Of a stretch of 40,054 nucleotides of DNA, positions 1-9,276 are shown in pieces. The DNA comes from Pseudomonadota bacterium (GTDB taxonomy: Bacteria; Pseudomonadota; Alphaproteobacteria; Rhizobiales; CALHAX01): the NCBI GenBank assembly GCA_038523655.1, contig JBCBJG010000001.1, positions 1 to 40,054 on the forward strand, written 5' to 3'. How positions within the stretch are numbered: position 1 is the stretch's first letter; each line of letters opens with the position of its first letter. The position numbers and the translations under genes were made by a program. The notes below the pieces were generated by a model. It did no database searches, was not told where the DNA came from, and worked only from the letters and a program-made list of their open reading frames with translations.

Positions 1-134
1 CACCAACGCCCCGCGCCGGCGCTTCGGGTCTACGCGCGAAACGCCCCCGCGCCACGACGCGGCAACCCAAGAAATCCCGGACGACAAGTGCGCCGCGTCG
101 CGCCAACAAGCGGGCCGCACCCAAGACGCGGGCG

Positions 135-1256
135 GTGCGGCCCGCCCGGATCAAACCGACGAGCAGCACCTCGGCGCGGTCCTCCAAACGCCGCGGCACA
201 CGCAAGCTCTCCGTCACTGCGACGCGGGTGAACGCCGGACGGGTCGGTCTCATCTCGGGCGGCATCAGCGGCACGTACATTCGGATCGCCAGCGATCTCG
301 CCGCTGTGCTCAACAAGCGGGACGACCTGCGTATCCTGCCGATCGCAGGGCAGGGCTCCGTGCAAAACATCACCGACATCCTCTACCTCAAAGGGGTGGA
401 TGTCGGCATTGTCCAGTCTGACGTCCTCGCGTACATCCGCGCGCAGAAGCTGCACCGCAATATCGACCGGCGCATCCACTACATCACCAAGCTGTACAAC
501 GAGGAGTTCCACCTCGTAGGTGGGCGCGAATTTTCCTCCATCACCGATCTCGAAGGGAAGTCTGTCAACTTCGGCGTCAAGGGATCAGGCACATACATGA
601 CGGCGACCACGGTCTTTCGCCAGCTTGGCATCAAGGTGAGGCCGGTCAGCGTGGATCAGCCGCTTGCGCTTGAGCAAATCCGCCGGGGTGAAATTGCAGC
701 GACCGTGTTCGTCGCAGGCAAGCCAACGACCGCGCTTAGTGAGCTCGACCCGACGTTCGGGCTGCGTCTGCTCGAGGTGCCATATGCCGCCGCGCTCCAG
801 GACGCCTACCTGCCTGCCACGTTTTCAGCCGAGGATTACCCGGCACTCGTTCGGAACGGAAAGCGTGTGAACTCGATCGCGGTCGGCGCGGTGATGGCGG
901 TCTACAACTGGCCATCTGACACGGATCGTCATGCGCGCGTCTCACGGTTTGTCGAGGCGTTTTTCAGGTCCATCGCAGAGTTTCGGAAAAAGCCACGGCA
1001 TCCGAAGTGGCAGGAAGTGAACCTCGCCGCCGACCTGCCGGGGTGGACGCGGTTTTCCGCCGCTGCGGACTGGCTCGCGCGAAACCCGCTCGAAGGTCGT
1101 AATCGGCTGCGGGTGAGCTTCGGATCCTTCCTCGATCAGACGTCCGGCGACGGCGCATCGGGTGCTGTGCGCGCAGGCGCTGATCGGGATGTGCTGTTCC
1201 AGCAATTTCTCAAATGGAGACAGTCTCAGCCCGCGGCGCCGCGGCGTGCGCAATGA
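135..1256 (+). CDS. TAXI-family (TRAP-type) solute-binding protein-like
   Basis: 373-aa ORF. The core GLISGGISGTYIRIASDLAAVLN...GQGSVQNI..LKGVDVGIVQSDV resembles TAXI/immunogenic-protein type periplasmic receptors. The frame has no stop back to nt 3 and keeps high third-position GC, so the true start may lie upstream of the window. No hydrophobic signal peptide is visible in any upstream frame. Confidence 0.6.
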   Translation: MRPARIKPTSSTSARSSKRRGTRKLSVTATRVNAGRVGLISGGISGTYIRIASDLAAVLNKRDDLRILPIAGQGSVQNITDILYLKGVDVGIVQSDVLAYIRAQKLHRNIDRRIHYITKLYNEEFHLVGGREFSSITDLEGKSVNFGVKGSGTYMTATTVFRQLGIKVRPVSVDQPLALEQIRRGEIAATVFVAGKPTTALSELDPTFGLRLLEVPYAAALQDAYLPATFSAEDYPALVRNGKRVNSIAVGAVMAVYNWPSDTDRHARVSRFVEAFFRSIAEFRKKPRHPKWQEVNLAADLPGWTRFSAAADWLARNPLEGRNRLRVSFGSFLDQTSGDGASGAVRAGADRDVLFQQFLKWRQSQPAAPRRAQ

Positions 1257-1455
1257 CGCGCACCCGTCAGCACTCATCACCGCAGGCTGACTGATTTTCT
1301 CTCCTCGTAATGCGTGAGCAGCTTCCATGACCCACGACCCCTCACCGGCGCGACGCGCACAGACCGTGCTGCATACGACCCGGCTCAGCGATCGATTGCA
1401 GACCGTCGCCGATGCCGGCCATCCTGAACCGCCCGAGCCATCGCGCGAGGACATC

Positions 1456-2766
1456 ATGTCTGATCTGAGCGGGCGTATTCAGTCGATGATGATCGACCCG
1501 TCGCTCAATGGGACCGCGGCTCCGCGCGCGCAGCAGCTCGCCGCTCCGACCAACGATCCGGGCGGAATAGGCGCGCCCGCCACGTTTGCTCCGCCGACCG
1601 GACAGACAACATCGGGAGCGACGCCCCCGGCGCTGGCGCAATTTCACTCCCGGGTCGGCGAGCCGACGACGCAGCCCGCTTCGGGCGTCTTCACCCAGCC
1701 GGTCACGGGTGAGGAGCCCACCGGTCGGCCCGCGCACATGTATACCGCAGAGATGACGGACGGCGGGTATCCGGACCCAACAAGCGCCCTGCAGCCGGGC
1801 ATGTTTGAGGCGGGTCAAGCGCAGCTGCCACAAGTGCCGTATCCGCAGGCGTCTTCTCCTCAGTCGCCTCCGGCGCAGGCATCTCATGTGCAAACGGGGA
1901 ATTACGCTCCGCCGGTCGCCGCCATGCCGGTTGGTTTGCTCGCGGCGCCAACGGACGAAGACGCCGAGCCGCTCGCGCACTGGCTGACCCGGTCAGAAGA
2001 CGAGGTACCGGACGCGCGTCGCGGATCGGTTCTGACGCTGTGTCTTGCGGTGATGGCGCTCTCGATCCTCGCCGGCTACGGCGGGGCGCAGTTCGTCAAC
2101 ATGACGCTCTCGACGCACTCTGGCGACGATGCCGCTTTCGAAGATGGGCCGGTCCAGGCATCCGGTAGCCTTTTTTCTCCAGATTCGCTGCGGCAGCGCG
2201 TGGATCAGTTGACCCGCGAACGCACGGCGACGCTCGATCCGATCTCGCTCGCTGTGCCCGATAAGAACGAACCCGTTGCAGAAGCGGCTCCCGGCGCGGA
2301 CGACGACGATCTGACCCCGGCCGAACTTGAAGCGCGCACCACCGCGACGGCGGACGGAGATCGTCCGGCGCGTGTCACCGTGTCACCACTGGCGCCCGGA
2401 TCGCCGACAACTGCGGCGCCACAAGATCGAACAGAGCCAGCGGAGGATGCGATGCCCGAGCGCCGCGATCCGGCTGTGCTGGCGCGGGAGGAAAAACTGA
2501 TCGCGCGCGGGCGTGAGCTTCTCGACCGCGGCGATGTCGCTGCGGCGCGGCTGGTTCTGCGCCATCTGGCCGAGGCTGGCAGCGCGCAGGGTGCGCTGAT
2601 GCTGGCGCAGGCCTACGATGCGGAGTGGCTGTTCGAGAACAGCCCCGGAAGCCTGCCGGCAAACCGCGATATGGCCCTGCGATGGTACACGATGGCCGCC
2701 CAACGGGGTGAAACCCGCGCGATTGCGAGGCTCGAGACACTCCGCAGCGGCCGGGCCTTGCAGTAG
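1456..2766 (+). CDS. Pro/Gln-rich single-pass membrane protein with C-terminal Sel1/TPR-like repeat
   Basis: The ORF track gives 1327..2766. An in-frame ATG at 1456 is preceded by GAGGA (gcGAGGAcatcATG). Low-complexity P/Q-rich N-half, one hydrophobic helix (VLTLCLAVMALSILAGYGGAQFV), and a C-terminal Sel1-like motif (GSAQGALMLAQAYD...ALRWYTMAAQRGETRAIARL). Confidence 0.6.
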   Translation: MSDLSGRIQSMMIDPSLNGTAAPRAQQLAAPTNDPGGIGAPATFAPPTGQTTSGATPPALAQFHSRVGEPTTQPASGVFTQPVTGEEPTGRPAHMYTAEMTDGGYPDPTSALQPGMFEAGQAQLPQVPYPQASSPQSPPAQASHVQTGNYAPPVAAMPVGLLAAPTDEDAEPLAHWLTRSEDEVPDARRGSVLTLCLAVMALSILAGYGGAQFVNMTLSTHSGDDAAFEDGPVQASGSLFSPDSLRQRVDQLTRERTATLDPISLAVPDKNEPVAEAAPGADDDDLTPAELEARTTATADGDRPARVTVSPLAPGSPTTAAPQDRTEPAEDAMPERRDPAVLAREEKLIARGRELLDRGDVAAARLVLRHLAEAGSAQGALMLAQAYDAEWLFENSPGSLPANRDMALRWYTMAAQRGETRAIARLETLRSGRALQ

Positions 2767-2840
2767 GCGCGCGTCGTCGCGTGGTTATGCGTGCAGGGCT
2801 TGGACCTCATAACCGCGCGTGCCGCACGACGGTGTCTGCA

Positions 2841-3782
2841 TCAGCCGTCAAGTACATCCACGCGATAGCCGGCGCGCGGAAAGTGGATGCAAATCTCACC
2901 GACGCGCGGATCGTCACGCAGAATGGCGATCCGCGAGATGGAGGCGAACTGCACCGCGCCTTTTACCGGCGGGTCACCGCCGTCCCCATTCGGCTGGATC
3001 GCGACCCGGCCGCTGAGTGTGAGCGCCTGCGGATCGTTTTCCTCCACGTGTGCCGGGGTGGCCGGCTTGGTGTCGCGCGCGATATCGAGCGCTTCGGTGC
3101 TCGAGAGATCATGCGCGGTGCCGTGGCCGATGCTGCGGAAGCGCTCCCACCACGCAGCGAGTGCGGGGAACGCCGCAATGAGCGCCGGTCCGTCGGCGTA
3201 GCGCCCTTCGATGAACCAGACGATCTGATGGACAAGCACGTCCGCAAGCCCCGGTAGCTCGCCGAACAGGAATGGTCCGCCGTCGGCGAGCTGGCGATCA
3301 ATGGATGCGAGCGTTGCGCGGGTCTGCGCAATGACGTTCGGGAGCTGCGCTGCCTCGCGCGCCAGATCGTGGTCCGGGCCGAAGTAAAGGCGACCGCGGT
3401 CGGCGGCCAGTTCCGGTGGAAGCGATGCGAGGTTGGCGCCGAGCGCGATCCGTACGGCATTCAGGAACACCTCGCCGGAAATCATCTGCTCGAGCAGTTC
3501 GGTGAGCCCGCGGTTGCCCGCCGGGTGCAAACTCGGTTCCGGCAGGCGCTGCTCGAGTTCATCGCAGATACAGGCGCTGTCGCAGTAGATATCAGCGCCG
3601 ATCTGCATCACCGGCGTTCGGCGATACCCTCCGGTAAGCGGCATCAAATCCGGCTTCGGCGGGATGCGCGGGATCTCGACCGATGCGTAGCTCGCGCGCT
3701 TCAGCCCCAGCGCGGCGCGAACCTTCTCGGCAACCGGTGATTGCGGATAGTGATGGAGAATAATGTCGCTCATGCCGTCCAT
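2841..3782 (-). CDS. glutathione S-transferase family protein with extra ~85-aa C-terminal domain
   Basis: The N-terminus (ILHHYPQSPVAEKVRAALGLK...IPPKPDLMPLTGGYRRTPVMQIGADIYCDS) is a thioredoxin-like GST N-domain, followed by a helical C-domain. It starts 7 nt after the upstream cupin gene, suggesting an operon. Confidence 0.8.
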   Translation of the reverse strand: MDGMSDIILHHYPQSPVAEKVRAALGLKRASYASVEIPRIPPKPDLMPLTGGYRRTPVMQIGADIYCDSACICDELEQRLPEPSLHPAGNRGLTELLEQMISGEVFLNAVRIALGANLASLPPELAADRGRLYFGPDHDLAREAAQLPNVIAQTRATLASIDRQLADGGPFLFGELPGLADVLVHQIVWFIEGRYADGPALIAAFPALAAWWERFRSIGHGTAHDLSSTEALDIARDTKPATPAHVEENDPQALTLSGRVAIQPNGDGGDPPVKGAVQFASISRIAILRDDPRVGEICIHFPRAGYRVDVLDG

Positions 3783-3789
3783 CCGAGGT

Positions 3790-4203
3790 TCAGGCCGGGT
3801 CCTGCGGCGGGCGCGAATAGTCTTCTTCGCTCACGGGCTCCAGCCACGTCACGTTGCCGCTCTCGTCTGCTTCTTGAATTGCGACGTGTACCATCGCGGT
3901 ATCGGGCGCGGCGCCGTGCCAGTGTTTTTCTCCCGGCGGTATCCACACCGTGTCGCCTGCGGCGAGCGTGCGGACCGGTTCGCCGTCCGTCTGATAGCGC
4001 CCCGTACCGCTCAAGACATAGAGCGTCTGGCCAAGAGGATGAGTGTGCCAGTTGGTTCGGGCGCCGGGCTGGAACGACACACGAAGCGCACGCACGCGCG
4101 CTGGCGCCGGCGCCTCGACGATCGGGTCCATCCAGACATCACCGGTAAAGTACGCAGGGTCCGGACGCCGCGTCGGGCGGCTTCCGTTCTTGAAGATCTC
4201 CAT
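3790..4203 (-). CDS. cupin domain-containing protein
   Basis: 137 aa with the cupin motif pair G-x5-H-x-H (GARTNWHTHPLGQ) ... G-x5-P-x-G-x2-H (GDTVWIPPGEKHWHG). Confidence 0.8.
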   Translation of the reverse strand: MEIFKNGSRPTRRPDPAYFTGDVWMDPIVEAPAPARVRALRVSFQPGARTNWHTHPLGQTLYVLSGTGRYQTDGEPVRTLAAGDTVWIPPGEKHWHGAAPDTAMVHVAIQEADESGNVTWLEPVSEEDYSRPPQDPA

Positions 4204-4246
4204 CGTGTGCTCCGCTCAGGATCGGGGTGGCTGCGGCCAAATTCGG

Positions 4247-4417
4247 TCACGCATCGCGCAACCCGGTTGCCAGCATGACCATGGCGACACCGATCACGGC
4301 GCCGGCGACCGCGAGTTTCCAGGCATCCTGACGGCGCTCCAGACCCGGCCAGCCGAGCGGGCGGATAACCTGGATCAAGGCAATGCCTGCGAAAAAGACC
4401 ATCACGATCTTGGCCAT
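4247..4417 (-). CDS. small (56 aa) two-helix membrane protein, unknown function
   Basis: Internal ATG of the 4247..4756 track ORF, with a strong SD (GGAAGGAGAGaccgATG). The product MAKIVMVFFAGIALIQVIRPLGWPG...AVAGAVIGVAMVMLATGL has two hydrophobic helices. The upstream part of the track ORF looks non-coding (Arg/Ser-rich). Confidence 0.55.
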   Translation of the reverse strand: MAKIVMVFFAGIALIQVIRPLGWPGLERRQDAWKLAVAGAVIGVAMVMLATGLRDA

Positions 4418-4630
4418 CGGTCTCTCCTTCCGCCCGCCGGCGTGACGAACGGTATGCTGCACGCCGGCCACTTGATCGCCGGAATCGGGCGCAGTATGGC
4501 GGGCGAGCCGCACGACGCAACGCCGGAATGCAGGCGCAAGCCGCGATCCTGGTACGGAGCGCGGCCGCGGCGGGCGCAAAGCGCAGCGCCATGCGTGATA
4601 CGTCCGCCGGAAGTCTGCCGAAAATCTGAC

Positions 4631-5227
4631 ATGAGCATTGCGATGAACCGCGCCCGGCTGATTGTCGACGCCACTTCCGAGGAAGCGACCGCGCTGCTCG
4701 GCCGCTCGATATCGGGACTCGCTGCGGCTGGAGATGTCGCATCCGTCTGGCTCCACACGTCAGCCAGCGCGGAACTCGTCGGCCTCGTACAAGGGACCGG
4801 CGCGGCAGCTCTGATCGCCGACGATCCGACGCGCGCCGAGGCGACGGGCGCTGATGGGGTGCACCTGACCACCGATATGGAAGCGAGCGAATTAGGCCTC
4901 GCGAGGCTCGCGGAAGCGCGCCAGACGCTGGGTGCGGAGCGGATCGTGGGTGCCTTCTGCGGGGTCGATCGCCATGCCGCGATGTCGCTCGCGGAGGCAG
5001 GCGCCGATTACATCGCACTCGACGCGGCACTTGATGCAGAAATCGTCAGCTGGTGGGCGCGCGTGTTCGAGGTTCCCGTCGTCGCCGTGGGCCTGATGCA
5101 GGCGCAGGCATGTCGCCCGCTCGCTGAAGCCGGCGTCGAGTTTTTCGCCATCCCGCCAGACGCAGCGCAGGTCGCAGCCGTTGAAACCGTGCTGGCCGCC
5201 GCTCCTTTCGCGGAGGTGTCAGCATGA
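4631..5227 (+). CDS. thiamine-phosphate synthase (ThiE/TenI) fold protein, catalytic motifs degenerate
   Basis: C-terminal 198 codons of the 4043..5227 track ORF, starting at ATG 4631. It shows the GADGVHLTTD, ADYIAL and PVVAVG blocks typical of the ThiE fold, but several catalytic positions are substituted (see findings). Its stop overlaps the next gene's start (ATGA). Confidence 0.6.
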   Translation: MSIAMNRARLIVDATSEEATALLGRSISGLAAAGDVASVWLHTSASAELVGLVQGTGAAALIADDPTRAEATGADGVHLTTDMEASELGLARLAEARQTLGAERIVGAFCGVDRHAAMSLAEAGADYIALDAALDAEIVSWWARVFEVPVVAVGLMQAQACRPLAEAGVEFFAIPPDAAQVAAVETVLAAAPFAEVSA

Positions 5228-6345
5228 GGATCGCATTGAACGCCATCCGCTCCCGTCTCGCGGTGTTTTCTCTCGCAATAGGTGCGGCAGGGGGCGTTAT
5301 CATCGCGCTACCACCCGTGAGCTTCGCCGAGACCAGTTCGTGGAGCCGTGATCTCAGCGTCGAAGGCGCGGCTCCGCGTGCGAGCGCATCGGGAAAGCTG
5401 CAAAGCCGACCGGCACGCCGTGCGACGACCAAGAAGCGACGGGTCAAGACCAAGCAGGCGGCGGCTTCAGCGGAGAATAAAGCGCCGGTTCCTGGAGGCG
5501 AGGGTGTTGCCGGCGCGTTCGAAGCATTTCGCTCGTCGCATTTCCTGACAGCACTCGAGCGCGCGAAAGCGGCAGCCGAAAAGGGTGACGCGGCGGCCCA
5601 TACGCTCGTTGGGCGGATCGTTGCCGAGGGCCGCGGTGTGCCGCGCGATCCGAAGACCGCCGCAGCTTGGTACGCAAGGGGGATGGAGCTCGGGGATGAA
5701 AATGCGGCTTTCGCGCTCGGCGTGCTCACAGCCCGTGGAGATGGCATCGCGAAGGACCATGTGCGCGCGGCAGACCTGTTCGCCAACGCGTCGCGACAAG
5801 GCCACATCGGAGCAACGTACAACCTCGCGATCGCATTTCTGACCGGTACGGGCCGGCCGACCGACGAGGCTGGTGGCGCACGCCTCATGCGCGTTGCAGC
5901 CAAGGCCGGAAATCATCGCGCGCAGTACGACCTCGGGACACTATACGCGTCGGGGACCGGGGTGGCGCAGAATGATCGCGCAGCCGCGGAGTGGACCGGC
6001 AAAGCGGCGCGGGCCGGCATCGTCGATGCTCAACTCGACTATGCGATCATGCTCTTCAAGGGACGGGGCGTCGCGAAGGATGAAAAACGCGCCGCCTGGT
6101 TTTTCCGGTCGGCAGCCGCTCGAGGCAATCCCGTTGCACAAAACCGGCTGGCGCGGCTCTACGCCGTCGGAGTCGGCGTCGAGCAGTCCCGGGTTCTTGC
6201 CGCGAAGTGGCACACCCTTGCGCGCCAGCGCGGCGTCGCCGACTTCAAACTCGATGTGATTGTCTCGAAACTCTCGCTCGCAAACCGGAAGGATGTCGCC
6301 CGCGAGGTCGCGGCATTTGCGGAGACAAATTTGCTGGCCGACTAG
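5224..6345 (+). CDS. secreted Sel1-repeat (TPR-like) protein
   Basis: N-terminal signal-peptide-like segment (LAVFSLAIGAAGGVIIALPPVSFA), then about 6 tandem Sel1 repeats (e.g. AAAWYARGMELGDENAAFALGVL, AAEWTGKAARAGIVDAQLDYAIML, AAWFFRSAAARGNPVAQNRLARLY). SD GGAGGT lies 6 nt upstream of the ATG. Confidence 0.85.
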   Translation: MRIALNAIRSRLAVFSLAIGAAGGVIIALPPVSFAETSSWSRDLSVEGAAPRASASGKLQSRPARRATTKKRRVKTKQAAASAENKAPVPGGEGVAGAFEAFRSSHFLTALERAKAAAEKGDAAAHTLVGRIVAEGRGVPRDPKTAAAWYARGMELGDENAAFALGVLTARGDGIAKDHVRAADLFANASRQGHIGATYNLAIAFLTGTGRPTDEAGGARLMRVAAKAGNHRAQYDLGTLYASGTGVAQNDRAAAEWTGKAARAGIVDAQLDYAIMLFKGRGVAKDEKRAAWFFRSAAARGNPVAQNRLARLYAVGVGVEQSRVLAAKWHTLARQRGVADFKLDVIVSKLSLANRKDVAREVAAFAETNLLAD

Positions 6346-6362
6346 GGTACCGAGAGAGTCCT

Positions 6363-6400
6363 GCGGCAGGCACACGCGCGCCTGCCGCTTTGTCTGGTTT
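6363..6400 (+). terminator. Rho-independent terminator after the Sel1 gene
   Basis: A 9-bp GC-rich stem, GCGGCAGGC (6363-6371) / GCCTGCCGC (6380-6388), with an 8-nt loop, followed by TTTGTCTGGTTT. It sits between convergent genes. Confidence 0.6.
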
Positions 6401-6403
6401 CAC

Positions 6404-9079
6404 CTAATGCAGCGTCTTGTTCGCCGCGTTGGCATCATCTCCACGGCTGGCGAGACCTGGGCCGAAGCCTGACAGGTCCGGCATCTCGACGGAGGTGCCG
6501 TTGATGACGAGCGTCCCGTCGCCCGCCGTGACTTCGACATTCTCACCGTCACGAACATCGCCTGCGAGAAGCAGCTCGGCGAGCGGGTCCTGAACCGCTT
6601 TCTGAATAACGCGCTTCAGCGGACGAGCCCCGTAAGCGGGATCGTAGCCCTTGTTCGCCAGCCACGTCCGCGCGTCCTCATCGAGCGTGAGCGTAATCTT
6701 GCGCTCATCGAGGAGGCCCTGCAGCCGAGCGAGCTGAATGTCGACAATCGCCGCCATTTGGCTGCGCTGCAGGCGATGAAAGAGGATAATATCGTCGAGC
6801 CGGTTGAGAAACTCCGGACGAAAGCTCGCACGAACCACACCCATCACCTGCTCGCGCACGCTCGCCACGTCATCGTCCTCGCCGAGGTTGACGAGAAACT
6901 CTGCCCCCATGTTCGACGTCATGATGATGAGCGTGTTGCGGAAATCGACCGTGCGGCCTTGACCGTCGGTCAGGCGACCATCGTCGAGGACCTGCAGGAG
7001 CACGTTGAAGACATCAGGGTGCGCCTTCTCGATCTCGTCGAACAGAAGCACCTGGTATGGCCGACGCCGCACGGCTTCGGTGAGTGCGCCGCCTTCCTCA
7101 TAGCCAACGTATCCGGGCGGCGCACCGATCAGGCGCGCGACCGAGTGCTTCTCCATGTACTCAGACATATCGAGCCGCACCATCGCCTGCTCGTCATCGA
7201 ACAGGAAGTTCGCGAGAGCCTTGGTGAGTTCGGTCTTCCCGACGCCGGTCGGGCCGAGGAACATGAACGAGCCAATCGGCCGGTTGGGATCCTGCAAACC
7301 GGCGCGGGCCCGGCGCACGGCCGTGGAAACCGCAGCCACCGCTTCGGACTGGCCGATCACACGCTTCGCCAGCGCCTCTTCCATCCGGAGAAGCTTGTCA
7401 CGTTCGCCTTCGAGCATCTTGTCGACAGGAATGCCCGTCCACCGCGAGACCACTTGCGCGATGTGATCAGGCGACACGGCTTCTTCCAGCATCAGGCCGT
7501 TCGTTGCATCCTGTTCGGCGCCCTCGGCGGTGCGGAGTTTTTCCTCCAGTTGTGGGATCACGCCGTAAGACAGCTCACCTGCGCGCGCGAGATCGCCGCC
7601 GCGTTGAGCGCGCTCGAATTCGTTGCGCGCGACGTCGAGCTCTTCCTTGATCTTCTGCGCACCGGCGAGGCGATCCTTCTCGGATTCCCAGCGCGCCGTG
7701 AGCGCGTTCGATTGCTCCTCAAGCTCGCTGATCTGGCGCTCGAGGTCCGTCAGTCGTTCGCGCGACGCGTCGTCTTCCTCTTTACGCAGCGCCTCACGCT
7801 CGATCTGCATTTGCAGCAAACGCCGGTCGAGTTCGTCGAGCTCTTCCGGCTTTGAATCGATCTGCATACGCAGGCGCGATGCGGCCTCATCGACCAGATC
7901 GATCGCCTTGTCGGGAAGAAAACGATCCGTGATGTAGCGGTTCGAAAGCGTGGCCGCGGAGACGAGTGACGCGTCACCGATCCGCACGCCGTGGTGCATC
8001 TCATATTTCTCCTTGAGTCCGCGCAGGATCGAGATCGTGTCCTCGACGGTCGGCTCGGCAACGAAAACCGGTTGGAAACGGCGGGCGAGCGCGGCGTCCT
8101 TCTCCACATGCTTGCGGTACTCGTCGAGCGTCGTCGCGCCGATGCAGTGCAACTCGCCGCGGGCAAGCGCGGGCTTCAGCAGGTTCGATGCATCCATTGC
8201 ACCGTCGGTCTTGCCCGCGCCGACGAGGGTGTGCATCTCGTCGATGAAGAGGATGACCCGGCCGTTCTCGTTCTCGATTTCCGACAGAACGGCTTTCAGG
8301 CGCTCCTCGAACTCGCCGCGGTACTTCGCGCCGGCAATGAGCGCGCCCAGATCGAGCGCGAGCAACTTTTTATCCCGCAGGCTCTCAGGCACGTCGCCCT
8401 TGACGATGCGCATGGCCATGCCTTCGGCAATCGCCGTCTTGCCGACACCCGGCTCGCCGATCAGAACCGGATTGTTCTTTGTACGGCGGGACAGGACCTG
8501 CATCGCACGGCGAATTTCCTCGTCCCGGCCGATGACCGGGTCGATCTTGCCGTCAGCAGCCGCTTCGGTGAGGTCACGCGCATACTTGGACAGCGCGTCG
8601 AAGCCGTCTTCGGCGCTCGCGGTATCGGCCGTGCGGCCCTTGCGCAGATCGTTGACTGCGGAATTGAGCGACTGGGGGCTCGCGCCCGCACCACGCAGAA
8701 GCGCGGCGGTCGCGGCGTCCGGCTCCATGGCGAGCGCGATCAAGAGGCGCTCGACCGTGACATAGCTGTCGCCCGCTTTCTTCGCGATCTCCTCGGCCTG
8801 GGCGAATACCTTGGCGAGTGCAGGCGCGAGACTGAGCTGCCCGGCGCCGCTCCCGGTGACTTTCGGTAGTTTTCCTAGCGCCGCTTCGGTCGCCTGTAAT
8901 GCATCCTGCGCTCGCCCGCCTGCACGCTGGATCAGCCCCGCCGCGAGCCCTTCCGGGTCGTCCAGCAGGACCTTTAAAACGTGTTCGGGCGTGAGTTGCT
9001 GGTGCCCCTCCCGCAGGGCCATGCCTTGCGCGGACTGGATGAAGCCGCGCGCGCGCTCGGTGTAGGTATCGAAATTCAT
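6404..9079 (-). CDS. clpB: ATP-dependent chaperone/disaggregase ClpB
   Basis: 891 aa. N-terminal [18 protein letters not shown]..., two AAA+ modules with Walker A motifs GEPGVGKT and GPTGVGKT, and a long coiled-coil middle domain. SD AAAGGAA lies upstream of the ATG. A short C-terminal extension is present. Confidence 0.97.
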   Translation of the reverse strand: MNFDTYTERARGFIQSAQGMALREGHQQLTPEHVLKVLLDDPEGLAAGLIQRAGGRAQDALQATEAALGKLPKVTGSGAGQLSLAPALAKVFAQAEEIAKKAGDSYVTVERLLIALAMEPDAATAALLRGAGASPQSLNSAVNDLRKGRTADTASAEDGFDALSKYARDLTEAAADGKIDPVIGRDEEIRRAMQVLSRRTKNNPVLIGEPGVGKTAIAEGMAMRIVKGDVPESLRDKKLLALDLGALIAGAKYRGEFEERLKAVLSEIENENGRVILFIDEMHTLVGAGKTDGAMDASNLLKPALARGELHCIGATTLDEYRKHVEKDAALARRFQPVFVAEPTVEDTISILRGLKEKYEMHHGVRIGDASLVSAATLSNRYITDRFLPDKAIDLVDEAASRLRMQIDSKPEELDELDRRLLQMQIEREALRKEEDDASRERLTDLERQISELEEQSNALTARWESEKDRLAGAQKIKEELDVARNEFERAQRGGDLARAGELSYGVIPQLEEKLRTAEGAEQDATNGLMLEEAVSPDHIAQVVSRWTGIPVDKMLEGERDKLLRMEEALAKRVIGQSEAVAAVSTAVRRARAGLQDPNRPIGSFMFLGPTGVGKTELTKALANFLFDDEQAMVRLDMSEYMEKHSVARLIGAPPGYVGYEEGGALTEAVRRRPYQVLLFDEIEKAHPDVFNVLLQVLDDGRLTDGQGRTVDFRNTLIIMTSNMGAEFLVNLGEDDDVASVREQVMGVVRASFRPEFLNRLDDIILFHRLQRSQMAAIVDIQLARLQGLLDERKITLTLDEDARTWLANKGYDPAYGARPLKRVIQKAVQDPLAELLLAGDVRDGENVEVTAGDGTLVINGTSVEMPDLSGFGPGLASRGDDANAANKTLH

Positions 9080-9197
9080 GCTGTTCCTTTCTCAGCCCGC
9101 CGCTTGCGTCCGGATGTCGGCCCGCCTACGGCGTCGTCGTCGAATGGTGTCGTCGTGTTCGGACGCGGCCCTGACGGCACCGCTCCGCTCGCTCCCC

Positions 9198-9226
9198 ATA
9201 TGGGAATTGTTCCCACCTGCTGGAAG
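9198..9226 (-). promoter_or_regulatory. possible sigma-32 (RpoH)-type promoter of clpB
   Basis: The minus strand reads CTTCCA-N16-CCCATAT about 110 nt upstream of the clpB ATG. The -10 closely matches the CCCCATNT heat-shock consensus; the -35 is only a partial match to CTTGAA. Confidence 0.3.
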
Positions 9227-9276
9227 GTCCGCAGCGCGGAAGACATCGGAAGACCACCGTTGAAGGACGATCACCT

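Noticed and set aside
4418-4630. Possible TPP riboswitch upstream of the ThiE-like gene.
   Set aside because: I could not find the conserved THI-box elements (CUGAGA and ACCUGAUCUGGAUAAUGCCAGCG-like segments) on the plus strand.
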